This document shows positions 30,696 through 41,107 of a stretch of DNA of 64,000 bases, one piece after another. The notes beneath the pieces are model-generated. The model saw only the letters and a program-made list of their open reading frames with translations, made no database searches and was not told the origin of the DNA. This stretch comes from Leptolyngbyaceae cyanobacterium. Its GTDB lineage: Bacteria; Cyanobacteriota; Cyanobacteriia; Phormidesmidales; Phormidesmidaceae. The stretch lies in contig JBHJHA010000005.1 in NCBI GenBank assembly GCA_050331235.1, positions 37,371 through 101,370 on the forward strand, read 5' to 3'. Position numbers and translations under genes: made by a program. The number at the start of each line of letters is the position of its first letter. Position 1 is the first letter of the stretch.

Positions 30696-31490
30696 ATGTT
30701 TTTATTTTTGTCAAAGCTGTTGCCGCTGCTCGTTTACCCCTTAGGACTAGCATCGCTCATGATGCTAGTCACCATATGGGGAGTTTGGCGTCGCCGCCGT
30801 CGATTGGCCATGACTACCGCGATCGCCACTGTAGTTATTCTGTGGTTTGGCAGCAATGCTTGGGTTGCTACCCGCTTAGTACAATCTCTAGAATGGCAAA
30901 ATCTCCCTCCGCAGTCGATGCCTGAGGCAGAGGCGATCGTGGTACTGGGTGGCTGCACTCGACCGGCTGATTATCCTCGTCCTTGGGTTGATGTGTCAGA
31001 AGCGGGCGATCGCGTCCTCCACGGGGCTCAGCTTTACAACGCTGGTAAAGCTCCCCGAGTCATCCTGAGCGGGGGACGTATCGCCTGGAAGGGTAGCGGT
31101 CCGCCAGAATCGGATGATATGGCGCAAATTGTGGTGGCGATGGGCGTTCCCCGTCAGGCGATCATTGAAGACCCGACCTCGCTTAACACTTATCAAAATG
31201 CGGTGAACGTCAAAGCTATCTTGGCGCGGGAACAAATCAGTCGAATTTTGTTAGTAACGTCCGCCATGCATATGCCGCGATCACTGGCGATTTTTCGTAA
31301 ACAGGGTATCGATGCAATTGCGGCCCCTACCGACTTTCTGATTTCTGAGCGGGCTGTCGCAGAGGTCAGCAGCACCCATCAGGCCGTTTTGCTTAGCTTG
31401 CTGCCAGATGCCAACAACCTCAACGTGATTAGCCGTGCCATCAAAGAATATCTTGGTCTATTAGTCTATCGGCTCCGGGGCTGGCTGTGA
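30696..31490 (+). CDS. YdcF/ElyC (DUF218) family protein
   Basis: MFLFLSKLLP, AIVVLGG, ILSGG, SLNTYQNA, LVTSAMHMPRS, KEYLG. Confidence 0.92.
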   Translation: MFLFLSKLLPLLVYPLGLASLMMLVTIWGVWRRRRRLAMTTAIATVVILWFGSNAWVATRLVQSLEWQNLPPQSMPEAEAIVVLGGCTRPADYPRPWVDVSEAGDRVLHGAQLYNAGKAPRVILSGGRIAWKGSGPPESDDMAQIVVAMGVPRQAIIEDPTSLNTYQNAVNVKAILAREQISRILLVTSAMHMPRSLAIFRKQGIDAIAAPTDFLISERAVAEVSSTHQAVLLSLLPDANNLNVISRAIKEYLGLLVYRLRGWL

Positions 31491-31524
31491 ACCGGAGGCC
31501 GTTACTGAGATATTTAGAGTGTAT

Positions 31525-32610
31525 TTACGTCAGGTAGGGACGAATGCGATCTGCCATTTGAGCACTGGCCGTATTTCCGGTGACTAGCTCAATCGCCTCA
31601 GATTGAACTGCGCCTAGACCCAGATCAGCCGCACGACGAATCTGAGCTTGACTCCAAATCGAGCCTTCAGCGACGGCTCGGGTGGTGCCCAACATCCGCA
31701 GAATCGCAATTCCCACGGCGTCAATAGCTATCCGATCCGTGCTAGCTAACATCACCCCAGCGCGAACTTTATCACCCTGAGCCGGTCCCCCAGCCACAAA
31801 TGCATCTACACCGTCGATCACGATAAGTGATGGGCGATAGGCCCGATTGACTTCAGCAATCATGAGTCGCTGGTTAGCCGACCGGTGCAGTTCTCGCATG
31901 TAGTTGTGACCGTCTCCAGGGACATACTTGGCCACCATGCCAATCGTATTTTTCAACGACAGGGTGAAATGACCGCCGTAACGATGGGTTTTGAGACAGC
32001 AGGCGTTCACAATCGCATCGGCCTCCAATACCGGCTTCGCGATCGCAAATCCCCTTGTCCAATTGGTACCCTCACCGGAAAAATACTGCCAGTCAGCACG
32101 GTTCAGTTCATCAAATACCCACGGTGTAAAGCCGTAGCGATCTGCTAAAGCAAATACTTGGGTCTGCTGCATAGCTGAACGGGTATCGGCCATGCCCGAG
32201 CGATCGCCCACCGATATTCTGCTGGCCCCCGCCCCTTGAATGACCTTCACCAGTGTCTCCAGCACCGCCGGATCCGTGGCCGCTGGTGCAGGATCGCCGG
32301 TATTGTAGTTGGGCTTGATAAACACGCGCTTCCCCTCAAATCCGGGGGGCTGCAACAGATCAACCAATTGGCGAATACCGGCCGCTCGATCAGTTGTATT
32401 GACTAGGGCCACCCGATGCGGATTTACATTGGCAGTGGCGATCGGCGATACCTGGGGTAGCTCGTCGAAGGAGAGCCTCGCTGTGACTGGGATGGTTGCG
32501 GATTGGCTTTGCGCATCACGCAGCAAGGGCGGCAACAGTGCAGCACTGCTGAGGCCACCAACCAACTGCAAAAGGCGCCGACGGGTTGTACGGGGTAATC
32601 GAGAAGACAT
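31525..32610 (-). CDS. DUF362 family protein with Tat signal peptide
   Basis: TRRRLLQ twin-arginine signal; IKPN, LKTH, TLSLKN.IG, D.IAID motifs. Confidence 0.85.
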   Translation of the reverse strand: MSSRLPRTTRRRLLQLVGGLSSAALLPPLLRDAQSQSATIPVTARLSFDELPQVSPIATANVNPHRVALVNTTDRAAGIRQLVDLLQPPGFEGKRVFIKPNYNTGDPAPAATDPAVLETLVKVIQGAGASRISVGDRSGMADTRSAMQQTQVFALADRYGFTPWVFDELNRADWQYFSGEGTNWTRGFAIAKPVLEADAIVNACCLKTHRYGGHFTLSLKNTIGMVAKYVPGDGHNYMRELHRSANQRLMIAEVNRAYRPSLIVIDGVDAFVAGGPAQGDKVRAGVMLASTDRIAIDAVGIAILRMLGTTRAVAEGSIWSQAQIRRAADLGLGAVQSEAIELVTGNTASAQMADRIRPYLT

Positions 32611-32977
32611 CGTTAATCCAAGACTTTAACAAAGCTAAAGGGCAGCAATCACCCATGGCCATCTTGGTTAATTGTGCCAACACCACCTTAATGCCGCCTG
32701 AGAGTTTAGTCTGAGATACCTGCTAAGGACGCTGAAAAGTTCTCTCCTATCGCAACCCAGAGGCAGGGTAACTGCGATTCCCCCGAGCAGGCTAACGAAT
32801 CCTTTGATGACGTTGTCACCGGCTAGCTAGCGTCTGATCTAGACTGCGACCTCAGCAGGGCCAGTCATCCGCCTCTATGACCGTTGCAGATGGCACGAAC
32901 AAAAATAGGAGTTTCAGCCAAATCCCATACATTTTTTGCAGGAAGGTGAATTTCGTAAAAATTAAAGATTCTCAGCG

Positions 32978-32986
32978 TGATATGAT
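32978..32986 (+). promoter_or_regulatory. Candidate extended -10 promoter of the atp operon
   Basis: TG-A-TATGAT about 40 nt upstream of atp1. Confidence 0.45.
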
Positions 32987-33026
32987 CTGCGGTGGCTTAG
33001 GCGTTGACTCACATGAGTCTGCTTAA

Positions 33027-33488
33027 GTGCAGAACTCTTATGACCGAATAGGCTACGTGCAGACTCCCTCAAGTTCTGAACCATCAAACATGATGGAACA
33101 ACAAGGTCTTGCCTCTTACTCTTCTAAAGAAGATTCAATGCAAGATTTTTATCGCCTCCAGCGGCAGTTGCTAAAAACCACTGCGGTTTTTTCAGCAATA
33201 ATTTTCATCAGCACTTGGTTTACCTACTCATTGCATATCGCACTTAATTATCTGATTGGTGCGTGCGTTGGTGTGGTTTACTTGAGGATGTTGTCAAAAA
33301 ACGTCGAAAAAATTGGAAAAAACTCTGGTGGAGTTTCAAGTGGCCGACTGGCCCTTGTTGCAGCTCTGATTTTGATTTCGAGTCAGTGGAACCAGCTTGA
33401 GGTGATGCCCGTTTTTTTGGGTTTTTTGACTTACAAGGCTGCTCTTATCGGCTACACCCTATGGACAGCAGTTCCTTCTAAGGAATGA
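33027..33488 (+). CDS. atp1: ATP synthase protein I (cyanobacterial atp1)
   Basis: SMQDFYRLQ, ALNYLIGACVGVVYLRML, FLGFLTYKAA; first gene of the atp operon; start uncertain. Confidence 0.9.
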   Translation: MQNSYDRIGYVQTPSSSEPSNMMEQQGLASYSSKEDSMQDFYRLQRQLLKTTAVFSAIIFISTWFTYSLHIALNYLIGACVGVVYLRMLSKNVEKIGKNSGGVSSGRLALVAALILISSQWNQLEVMPVFLGFLTYKAALIGYTLWTAVPSKE

Positions 33489-33574
33489 TCTGTTCTCAGG
33501 CTTTGAATGTAGTTATGAGAGTGTAGCACTGTTTTTTCGGTAGGTTTTCGTGCAAACCTTAAGAATCGCTAGAG

Positions 33575-34318
33575 ATGATTGATTTTATGCCGATTTCAAT
33601 GTTGTTAGCTGAGTTGGAAGTTGGCCAACATTTTTATTGGGAGCTTGCAGGCTTCAAGATTCATGGCCAGGTTTTCATGACGTCTTGGTTTGTGATCGCG
33701 CTTCTGGTTCTATTCTCGGTGCTGGCAACTCGCAACATTGAGCGTATTCCATCAGGGATTCAAAACCTCATGGAATATGCGCTTGAATACATTCGCGATT
33801 TGGCAAAAGGTCAGATTGGAGAAAAAGAGTATCGCCCTTGGGTTCCCTTTGTCGGAACGCTGTTCTTGTTTATCTTTGTGTCAAACTGGTCTGGGGCGCT
33901 TATTCCTTGGAAGCTGTTGCACATTCCAGGTAGCGAACTGGCTGCTCCTACGAACGATATCAACACCACTGTTGCCCTAGCCTTGTTGACATCTCTAGCC
34001 TACTTTTACGCTGGATTTAGTAAGCGTGGTTTGGGATACTTTGCTCGTTACATTGAGCCAACTCCAATCCTCTTGCCGATCAATATTTTGGAAGATTTCA
34101 CCAAGCCTTTGTCCCTGAGCTTCCGTCTTTTCGGAAACATCTTGGCAGACGAGTTGGTTGTAGCGGTGCTTGTATTGCTTGTGCCCTTGTTTGTTCCTTT
34201 GCCTGTTATGGTACTGGGGTTATTTACGAGTGCGATTCAGGCATTGATTTTTGCTACGCTTGCTGCTGTCTACATCGGTGAAGCGATCGAAGGACACGGT
34301 GAAGAAGAGCATGGGTAG
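33575..34318 (+). CDS. atpB: ATP synthase F0 subunit a (cyanobacterial atpI)
   Basis: [32 protein letters not shown]. Confidence 0.98.
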   Translation: MIDFMPISMLLAELEVGQHFYWELAGFKIHGQVFMTSWFVIALLVLFSVLATRNIERIPSGIQNLMEYALEYIRDLAKGQIGEKEYRPWVPFVGTLFLFIFVSNWSGALIPWKLLHIPGSELAAPTNDINTTVALALLTSLAYFYAGFSKRGLGYFARYIEPTPILLPINILEDFTKPLSLSFRLFGNILADELVVAVLVLLVPLFVPLPVMVLGLFTSAIQALIFATLAAVYIGEAIEGHGEEEHG

Positions 34319-34464
34319 TTTACAGACTGCCCAGATGATCCTAAGTTGATGCGTGAATTTTGAAGCACGCGATATCAACGAGGCGGTCCCTCAGGACCAC
34401 ATTTAAGAGCAAGCCAAATGGCGAGTTCACTTCTGTAGTTGTAAGTAGAATGTCAACTCTTTGA

Positions 34465-34719
<255 letters not shown>

Positions 34720-34730
34720 TTATAGCCATA

Positions 34731-34767
34731 CTTGATTGAGAAGGTAAAACTTACTTTCTCAATCAAG
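34731..34767 (+). terminator. Long intra-operon stem-loop after subunit c gene
   Basis: CTTGATTGAGAAGGTAA-aac-TTACTTTCTCAATCAAG, 17-bp stem with one G-U pair, followed by ATTCTTT. Confidence 0.75.
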
Positions 34768-34817
34768 ATTCTTTCTGTTCTGTAGACTCCCTGGAATTGA
34801 GCTGAGGGCTTGATGTG

Positions 34818-35276
34818 ATGAATTGGATATTGCTAGCTGAAGAGGCGGGCGGGTTATTTGATATTGATGCCACGCTTCCTTTGATGGCTGTTCAGTTTTT
34901 GATTTTAGCAGCGGTTTTAAACGCGGTTTTTTATAAACCTCTTGGTAATGCTATTGATGAGCGTGATGGGTATGTCCGCTCCAGCATTACAGGCGCGAAG
35001 GAGCAGTTGGCTCAAGCCGAAAAATTAGCTGAGCAGTACGAACAAGATTTAGCTGCATCTCGTCGACAAGCTCAAGAAATTATTGCGGAAGCGAGATCGG
35101 AAGCAGAAAAAGTTGCTAATGAGCAGATTGCAGCGGCCCAAAAGGAAGCGCAGGAAAAGAGAGAACAGGCTCAGAAAGAAATTGAGGCTCAAATAGAGTC
35201 AGCCTTCCAAGTTTTAGAAGGTCAAGTAGACGCCCTTACGCAACAAATGCTGGATAAGCTTTTAAGTGCTGCGTAA
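34818..35276 (+). CDS. atpF2: ATP synthase F0 subunit b' (cyanobacterial atpG)
   Basis: [29 protein letters not shown], coiled coil. Confidence 0.96.
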   Translation: MNWILLAEEAGGLFDIDATLPLMAVQFLILAAVLNAVFYKPLGNAIDERDGYVRSSITGAKEQLAQAEKLAEQYEQDLAASRRQAQEIIAEARSEAEKVANEQIAAAQKEAQEKREQAQKEIEAQIESAFQVLEGQVDALTQQMLDKLLSAA

Positions 35277-35340
35277 GACGATTTCATTACTCCCTTAGGG
35301 ATATAAATTTTGTTTGCATTGTTTGTTAGGAAGTATCGCC

Positions 35341-35865
35341 ATGGTTAGTCTCTGGCTACTAGCAACCGAAGAAGGTGGCTTTGGGCTCAATTTCAATCTT
35401 CTAGAAACCAATCTGATCAACCTCATTATTATTTGGGGGGTCCTGTTTTATTTTGGTCGGAAGTTTCTAGGTGGAATCTTATCCGAGCGTCGAAAGAATA
35501 TCGAAGAATCTATTAAGGACGCGGAACGTCGTCAGCGTGAAGCTAAGCAAGACCTGGAAGAGCAGAAAGAGAAGCTGGCCCAGGCCAAGACAAAAGCCCA
35601 GGATATTGTCGAGTCTGCTAAGCAAAATGCTGCTGGTGTAAAGGAAGAATTGCTGGCTGAGGCCGATGCTGATGTCGAAAGGTTGAAGGCTGCAGCCGAT
35701 CAAGACGTTTCTTTTCAGCAAGAGCGAGTGATGCGTGAATTGCGGCAGCGGATATCTCGGTTAGCACTGGAGCGGGTTGAAAACGAATTACCTGATCGGC
35801 TGAACCAAGATGTTCAAACTGCTTTAGTTAATAAAAGTATTGCTCTGCTGGAGGATCAGAAATGA
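35341..35865 (+). CDS. atpF: ATP synthase F0 subunit b
   Basis: [18 protein letters not shown] helix and coiled coil. Confidence 0.96.
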   Translation: MVSLWLLATEEGGFGLNFNLLETNLINLIIIWGVLFYFGRKFLGGILSERRKNIEESIKDAERRQREAKQDLEEQKEKLAQAKTKAQDIVESAKQNAAGVKEELLAEADADVERLKAAADQDVSFQQERVMRELRQRISRLALERVENELPDRLNQDVQTALVNKSIALLEDQK

Positions 35866-36416
35866 GTTCTACCACCTTATCTCTAGAGGTTGCGGACCCT
35901 TATGCACAGGCTCTAATGTCTCTGGCCAAAGAGCAGGGTTTGGAAGATCGCTTTGGCGAAGATGCTCAAGGCTTGCAAGGACTACTTAAGGAGTCTGAAG
36001 AGCTGCAGCAATTCTTGGAAAACCCCTTAGTGGAGGAGTCGGCAAAGAAGAGGGTTTTGGCAAAAGTATCTGAGGACCTGCACCCTCTGTTTGTTAGCTT
36101 TCTGAAGTTGCTTGTCGACAAAGGACGCATTGGTTTTTTGAGTACTATCCTGAGGCGCTATCAGGATCTTCTGCGCGAGTTAAGGAAAACCGTGTTGGCA
36201 GAAGTAACAGCAGCCGTAGAATTGTCGGAAGACCAGAAAGGTCAGATCCGAGAAAAAGTTGCAGCGATGACTGGTGCTGAAAAGGTTGACCTGGAAACTG
36301 CTTTGGACTCCAACCTCTTGGGAGGGGTCATCATTAAAGTCGGCTCACAAGTCGTTGATGCTAGCTTACGAGGCCAGCTCCGTCGGTTGAGTATGCAACT
36401 AGATGCTCAAGCTTAA
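35862..36416 (+). CDS. atpH: ATP synthase F1 subunit delta (cyanobacterial atpD)
   Basis: [36 protein letters not shown] overlap with atpF. Confidence 0.97.
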   Translation: MSSTTLSLEVADPYAQALMSLAKEQGLEDRFGEDAQGLQGLLKESEELQQFLENPLVEESAKKRVLAKVSEDLHPLFVSFLKLLVDKGRIGFLSTILRRYQDLLRELRKTVLAEVTAAVELSEDQKGQIREKVAAMTGAEKVDLETALDSNLLGGVIIKVGSQVVDASLRGQLRRLSMQLDAQA

Positions 36417-36483
36417 GTAAAGCCCGTCGCTTTTTGACATCGTTTGATTTTAATCGTCCACCCAGTTCAGTAGAGCAATTCAA

Positions 36484-38001
36484 ATGGTAAGTATCAGACC
36501 TGACGAAATCAGCAATATTATCAAGGAGCAGATTGAGCAATACGATCAGTCTGTACAAGTTTCTAATGTTGGTACCGTGCTGCAAATCGGTGATGGTATC
36601 GCACGTATCTATGGTCTTGAGAAGGCTATGGCTGGTGAGCTTTTAGAGTTTCAAGATGGCACCATTGGAATTGTCCTGAACCTGGAAGAGGACAATGTGG
36701 GCGCTGTGTTAATGGGAGCTGGCCGCGGTATTCAGGAAGGCAGCCCGGTGACGGCTACCGGCAAAATTAACTCAATTCCCGTTGGGGATGCCATGGTTGG
36801 CCGAGTGGTTGATGCGTTGGCTCGTCCCATTGACGGTAAAGGCGATATTCAAGCAAGTGAGACTCGTTTGACTGAGTCTATGGCTCCGGGAATCATTGCG
36901 CGGAAGTCTGTCTGCGAGCCGATGCAAACTGGCATTACGGCTATCGATGCGATGATCCCCATTGGCAGAGGACAACGAGAGTTAATTATTGGCGATCGCC
37001 AGACGGGTAAAACCGCTGTTGCCATTGACACTATTCTGAATCAGAAAGGCGAGGACGTTATTTGCGTCTACGTTGCAGTGGGACAAAAGGCTGCATCAGT
37101 GGCTCAGGTCGTCAACGTATTGGAAGAACGCGGCGCGATGGAGTATACCATCGTTGTAGCGGCTAACGCGAGCGACCCGGCGCCTCTTCAATACCTTGCA
37201 CCCTACACCGGCGCTACCCTAGCTGAATACTTTATGTATAAGGGTAAGCATACGCTTGTGGTGTACGACGATTTGTCCAAGCAGGCCCAGGCATATCGCC
37301 AGATGTCTCTATTGCTCCGTCGTCCGCCGGGCCGTGAAGCTTATCCCGGTGATGTCTTTTACTTGCACTCTCGCCTCCTCGAGCGTGCGGCCAAGCTGAA
37401 CGATGAACTGGGCGGCGGTAGTATGACTGCCCTGCCGATTATTGAGACCCAGGCTGGTGATGTTTCGGCTTACATTCCAACCAATGTGATTTCTATTACC
37501 GATGGTCAAATCTTTTTATCATCGGACCTATTTAACTCGGGCTTGCGTCCTGCAATTAATGCTGGTATCTCGGTTTCTCGAGTTGGTGGTGCTGCTCAGA
37601 TTAAGGCGATGAAGAAAGTTGCCGGTAAGCTCAAGCTGGAGTTAGCTCAGTATGCTGAACTTCAAGCTTTTTCCCAGTTTGCCTCTGACCTTGATAAAGC
37701 GACCCAAGATCAACTTGCTCGCGGCGAGCGGTTGCGTGAGCTTCTAAAACAGCCTCAAAATTCTCCCCTCCCGGTTGAAGATCAAGTTGCCATCATCTAC
37801 GCAGGTACCAATGGCTACCTGGATGATTTGCCCGTTGAGAAAGTCACTGAGTTTGCTAAGCAGTTGCGTGACTACCTCAAAACCAGTAAGCCCCGCTATG
37901 CCGAGATTGTTAAAACCGAGAAGAAGCTCACTGATGAGCTGATTGAAATTCTCAAGGGAGCCATTCAGGAAACGAAGCAGACCTTCATGGCTTCGGCATA
38001 G
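36484..38001 (+). CDS. atpA: ATP synthase F1 subunit alpha
   Basis: [27 protein letters not shown]. Confidence 0.99.
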   Translation: MVSIRPDEISNIIKEQIEQYDQSVQVSNVGTVLQIGDGIARIYGLEKAMAGELLEFQDGTIGIVLNLEEDNVGAVLMGAGRGIQEGSPVTATGKINSIPVGDAMVGRVVDALARPIDGKGDIQASETRLTESMAPGIIARKSVCEPMQTGITAIDAMIPIGRGQRELIIGDRQTGKTAVAIDTILNQKGEDVICVYVAVGQKAASVAQVVNVLEERGAMEYTIVVAANASDPAPLQYLAPYTGATLAEYFMYKGKHTLVVYDDLSKQAQAYRQMSLLLRRPPGREAYPGDVFYLHSRLLERAAKLNDELGGGSMTALPIIETQAGDVSAYIPTNVISITDGQIFLSSDLFNSGLRPAINAGISVSRVGGAAQIKAMKKVAGKLKLELAQYAELQAFSQFASDLDKATQDQLARGERLRELLKQPQNSPLPVEDQVAIIYAGTNGYLDDLPVEKVTEFAKQLRDYLKTSKPRYAEIVKTEKKLTDELIEILKGAIQETKQTFMASA

Positions 38002-38013
38002 GTAATGGTCCAT

Positions 38014-38050
38014 GCATCCGAGGTGGTTTCCAGAGGACTACATCGGATGC
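38014..38050 (+). other. Intergenic stem-loop between atpA and the gamma gene
   Basis: GCATCCGA...TCGGATGC outer stem with an inner GTGGTTT/GGACTAC pairing. Confidence 0.6.
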
Positions 38051-38085
38051 CTTGTTTCGGTTAGATCGGTTAGAAAGGAAAAAAG

Positions 38086-39033
38086 ATGGCTAACCTCAAG
38101 GCGATTCGAGATCGCATTAAATCAGTAAAGAATACGCGAAAAATTACGGAAGCGATGCGGCTAGTGGCGACGGCTAAAGTCCGTCGAGCGCAGGACCAAG
38201 TTTTGGCGACTCGCCCGTTTGCAGACCGTTTGGCTCAAGTTTTGCATGGTCTTCAGACTCGGCTGAAGTTTGAAGATGTTGATTTACCTTTGCTGCAGGA
38301 GCGTCCGGTTGAAAAGGTTGCTCTGCTGGTGATTTCGGGCGATCGCGGTTTGTGCGGTGGTTACAACACCAACGTTATTCGTCGGGCTGAAAACCGAGCC
38401 TCGGAATTGACCAACACCGACGTTGACTATACCTACGTATTAGTTGGCCGTAAAGCGGTTCAGTATTTTGCCCGCCGCGAACGCCCGATTGACTCTAAGT
38501 TCACTGAGTTAGAGCAAATTCCGACAGCTGATGAAGCTTCTCAGATTGCCGATCAACTGCTTTCTCTGTTTTTGTCAGGCACTGTGGATCGTGTTGAACT
38601 GGTCTACACCAAGTTTGTTTCGTTGGTGAGCTCTCGGCCTGTTGTCCAAACCCTGCTGCCGGTCGATCCTCAAGGATTAGAAGCCGACGATGACGAAATT
38701 TTCCGCCTCATTACCCGCAGTGGTCAAATTGATGTCGCTCGAGAAAAGGTTGCCCTCGAGGGCCGCGTGATCCCCAAAGATATGCTGTTCGAGCAAGATC
38801 CAGTACAAATTCTGGATGCGCTCTTACCGCTGTATTTTAGCAACCAAATCCTGCGAGCTTTGCAAGAAGCTGCCGCAAGCGAACTGGCTGCGCGGATGAC
38901 GGCTATGAATAATGCGAGTGATAACGCTAGCCAATTGGTTAAGTCGCTCACGCTGGACTATAACAAGGCTCGTCAGGCAGCAATCACCCAAGAAATTCTT
39001 GAAATTGTCGGTGGCGCTGAAGCCTTAGGCTAG
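38086..39033 (+). CDS. atpG: ATP synthase F1 subunit gamma (cyanobacterial atpC)
   Basis: [19 protein letters not shown], cyanobacterial DDEIFRL insertion, [14 protein letters not shown]. Confidence 0.99.
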   Translation: MANLKAIRDRIKSVKNTRKITEAMRLVATAKVRRAQDQVLATRPFADRLAQVLHGLQTRLKFEDVDLPLLQERPVEKVALLVISGDRGLCGGYNTNVIRRAENRASELTNTDVDYTYVLVGRKAVQYFARRERPIDSKFTELEQIPTADEASQIADQLLSLFLSGTVDRVELVYTKFVSLVSSRPVVQTLLPVDPQGLEADDDEIFRLITRSGQIDVAREKVALEGRVIPKDMLFEQDPVQILDALLPLYFSNQILRALQEAAASELAARMTAMNNASDNASQLVKSLTLDYNKARQAAITQEILEIVGGAEALG

Positions 39034-39062
39034 TAAACGCGACTTGGTAGTCTAATTGAGTT

Positions 39063-39102
39063 AAACCGGTGTGGAGCAATGCTCTATGCCGGTTTTCTTT
39101 TT
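39063..39102 (+). terminator. Rho-independent terminator of the atp operon
   Basis: AAACCGGTGTGGAGC-aat-GCTCTATGCCGGTTT followed by TCTTTTT. Confidence 0.85.
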
Positions 39103-39295
39103 AGAAAAAATGGCGTATGAGATTGCTTAGCAAGAAGATCCACCTTTAGGTTCCGACTTGGAAGGTACGAGTGAAGAAAAAGCGAACCTAGAAGATCATG
39201 CTTCAGTAGACATCATCATCGCCAGAATTGGCTCGACAGATTTTCCTAAGAAATCAGTATTTGAGCTGTATTTAGCAACTGCTGCAGGGCCTCGA

Positions 39296-41086
39296 TCAAT
39301 CGGCTGGTAGCTGCAGTAAGCAGTTAGCATCCAACAGCCAAAATTGTTGGGCGTCCCTCTCAGAAACTTTGTCAGAACCCCTTCTTTGTGGCGTCGTGGT
39401 GAGTACCGTACAGATGTCTATTCCCTTTATTAAAGCTGGAGAGATGTCCTGATTATCCAGCCGAGCGATCGCTGTTTGAGCTTCTGGACGATGCTGATTG
39501 AACCATTTATTTTGGAGCCAAAACGCTAACGAAAAGGATTTGTCATCTAGCAGCCAATAATCGATTTCATAGGTGCGAATAAAGTCTTGCACAGCACTTA
39601 AATCAGGATTGAATTGGGCCTCAATCAACGCGCCAACACGTTGCCGGAATTGTTGGTAATAGCCGGTATGATAGGGCAATCCCAGTTCTGGGGAAATCAA
39701 AGGCGATCGCCTGGTAAAGACATGAAGGTTGCTGGTCTCTTTCGTAAGACTAGCGATCGTTGTGTTCGGCGGTGTTTGATGGAAAAATTCGTATAAATCA
39801 GGCGTAACTCCATGACGGCTGCTGTTGAACAATCCTGGAAAGTTGTTTAACGTTTCAGAATAGCCCAGTAGATTAAGCGCAATAAATCCTACCGTTAATG
39901 AAGCTATCCCCCTCCGAAGCCACTGCCTACGAGAGGCGGTTGAATCCTCAATTATTTGTAATAAGTAGTCAAACAGTATCCAGATTACAAAACTGGCTGC
40001 AAGCGCAAACAAGATTCGCAAACTGTGGTGAGTATAGCGGCTCGGTAGATATAGCTTGTAAAGGGTCAAATGAGCTGCGAAAAATAAAATAAATGACGCT
40101 ATCACTAACTGCTGCAAAATGGCAGCACGACCGCGGATCGTTGACAGCCATGCTGAGTTTGAGCGCCACCAAAACCAAGGGAAAAGTAAGCTAAAGGCCA
40201 TCGTCGGCGGTGTGAGGACGGGGGTCGGAATTATCCCGGAGCGATCGCCAAACCAAAACTTGATGGGATTATCAGTAAAGTAAGCAGAACGACCTCCCGG
40301 CCAAAACTCTGGCATGGAACGGGCGGTGGCGGGGGTGATCACCGGGCCATATGGCGAACTTGCCAAGGCATAGGGCGCTAAGAAAATGACTAATAGGGCG
40401 AGCCCTAAACCCGATAACCAATAATCTCTGGAGTTTTGGGTCAGCCGCAGTCTTTCCGCTTTAAACTCAATTAGACGAAGGCCCAGAATAGCAGCGGATA
40501 GGAGCCCGCATAGGGGATAGATGAGGGACTGGGCAATGAGGACGATCAAGCAGGGAATAATTGCTCGCTGGTTGACATACACTAAGAAAGCCAAAAGTAA
40601 GGCATATAAAAAAGCTCGCGGTGTGCCTGACATCAAGTCATCGCGCATCCATAGACTTTGATTGAGTATGAGGGTGCTCGTAAAGGCTGCAGGTGCCAGA
40701 GGCATCACCTGTAGCGACAGTCGAAAGCAATAATGTGTCCCCACGAAGCCCAAAATCGGCGGTAACACCTTACTAAAAACGTAAGGATTGATACCTACTG
40801 CCGCCGCTGAGCGATACAGCCAAACGTAGCCCACTGGAGCATTAGACTGATAATAATCAGCCATAAAGTCGTTGGGAAATGCACCCGGTTCTACAAAACG
40901 CAGCATCCAAAAGACATGCTGACGGGCATCGTCCTGCATAACGTAGGGCCCACTAAAGGCATTTTGTAATGCCAGGTATCCATAATAAATGGCGAACAGT
41001 AGGCTTAGGCTGTACCACAGCACAACCCGTGGATCTGACCAGTTTTCACTGGGCGCTATGAGCCAGCGACGAAGGGAAGCTTTCAT
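39296..41086 (-). CDS. Polytopic membrane protein, possibly a GT-C fold glycosyltransferase
   Basis: About 11-13 TM segments, QDDARQH acidic pair in the first loop, soluble C-terminal domain. Function inferred. Confidence 0.6.
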   Translation of the reverse strand: MKASLRRWLIAPSENWSDPRVVLWYSLSLLFAIYYGYLALQNAFSGPYVMQDDARQHVFWMLRFVEPGAFPNDFMADYYQSNAPVGYVWLYRSAAAVGINPYVFSKVLPPILGFVGTHYCFRLSLQVMPLAPAAFTSTLILNQSLWMRDDLMSGTPRAFLYALLLAFLVYVNQRAIIPCLIVLIAQSLIYPLCGLLSAAILGLRLIEFKAERLRLTQNSRDYWLSGLGLALLVIFLAPYALASSPYGPVITPATARSMPEFWPGGRSAYFTDNPIKFWFGDRSGIIPTPVLTPPTMAFSLLFPWFWWRSNSAWLSTIRGRAAILQQLVIASFILFFAAHLTLYKLYLPSRYTHHSLRILFALAASFVIWILFDYLLQIIEDSTASRRQWLRRGIASLTVGFIALNLLGYSETLNNFPGLFNSSRHGVTPDLYEFFHQTPPNTTIASLTKETSNLHVFTRRSPLISPELGLPYHTGYYQQFRQRVGALIEAQFNPDLSAVQDFIRTYEIDYWLLDDKSFSLAFWLQNKWFNQHRPEAQTAIARLDNQDISPALIKGIDICTVLTTTPQRRGSDKVSERDAQQFWLLDANCLLQLPAD

Positions 41087-41107
41087 TGTGATTGTGGAAC
41101 CCGTCTC

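Noticed and set aside
39110..39310. Possible gene relic after the atp terminator (MAYEIA*QEDPPLGSD...)
   Set aside because: Early stop and no recognisable family similarity
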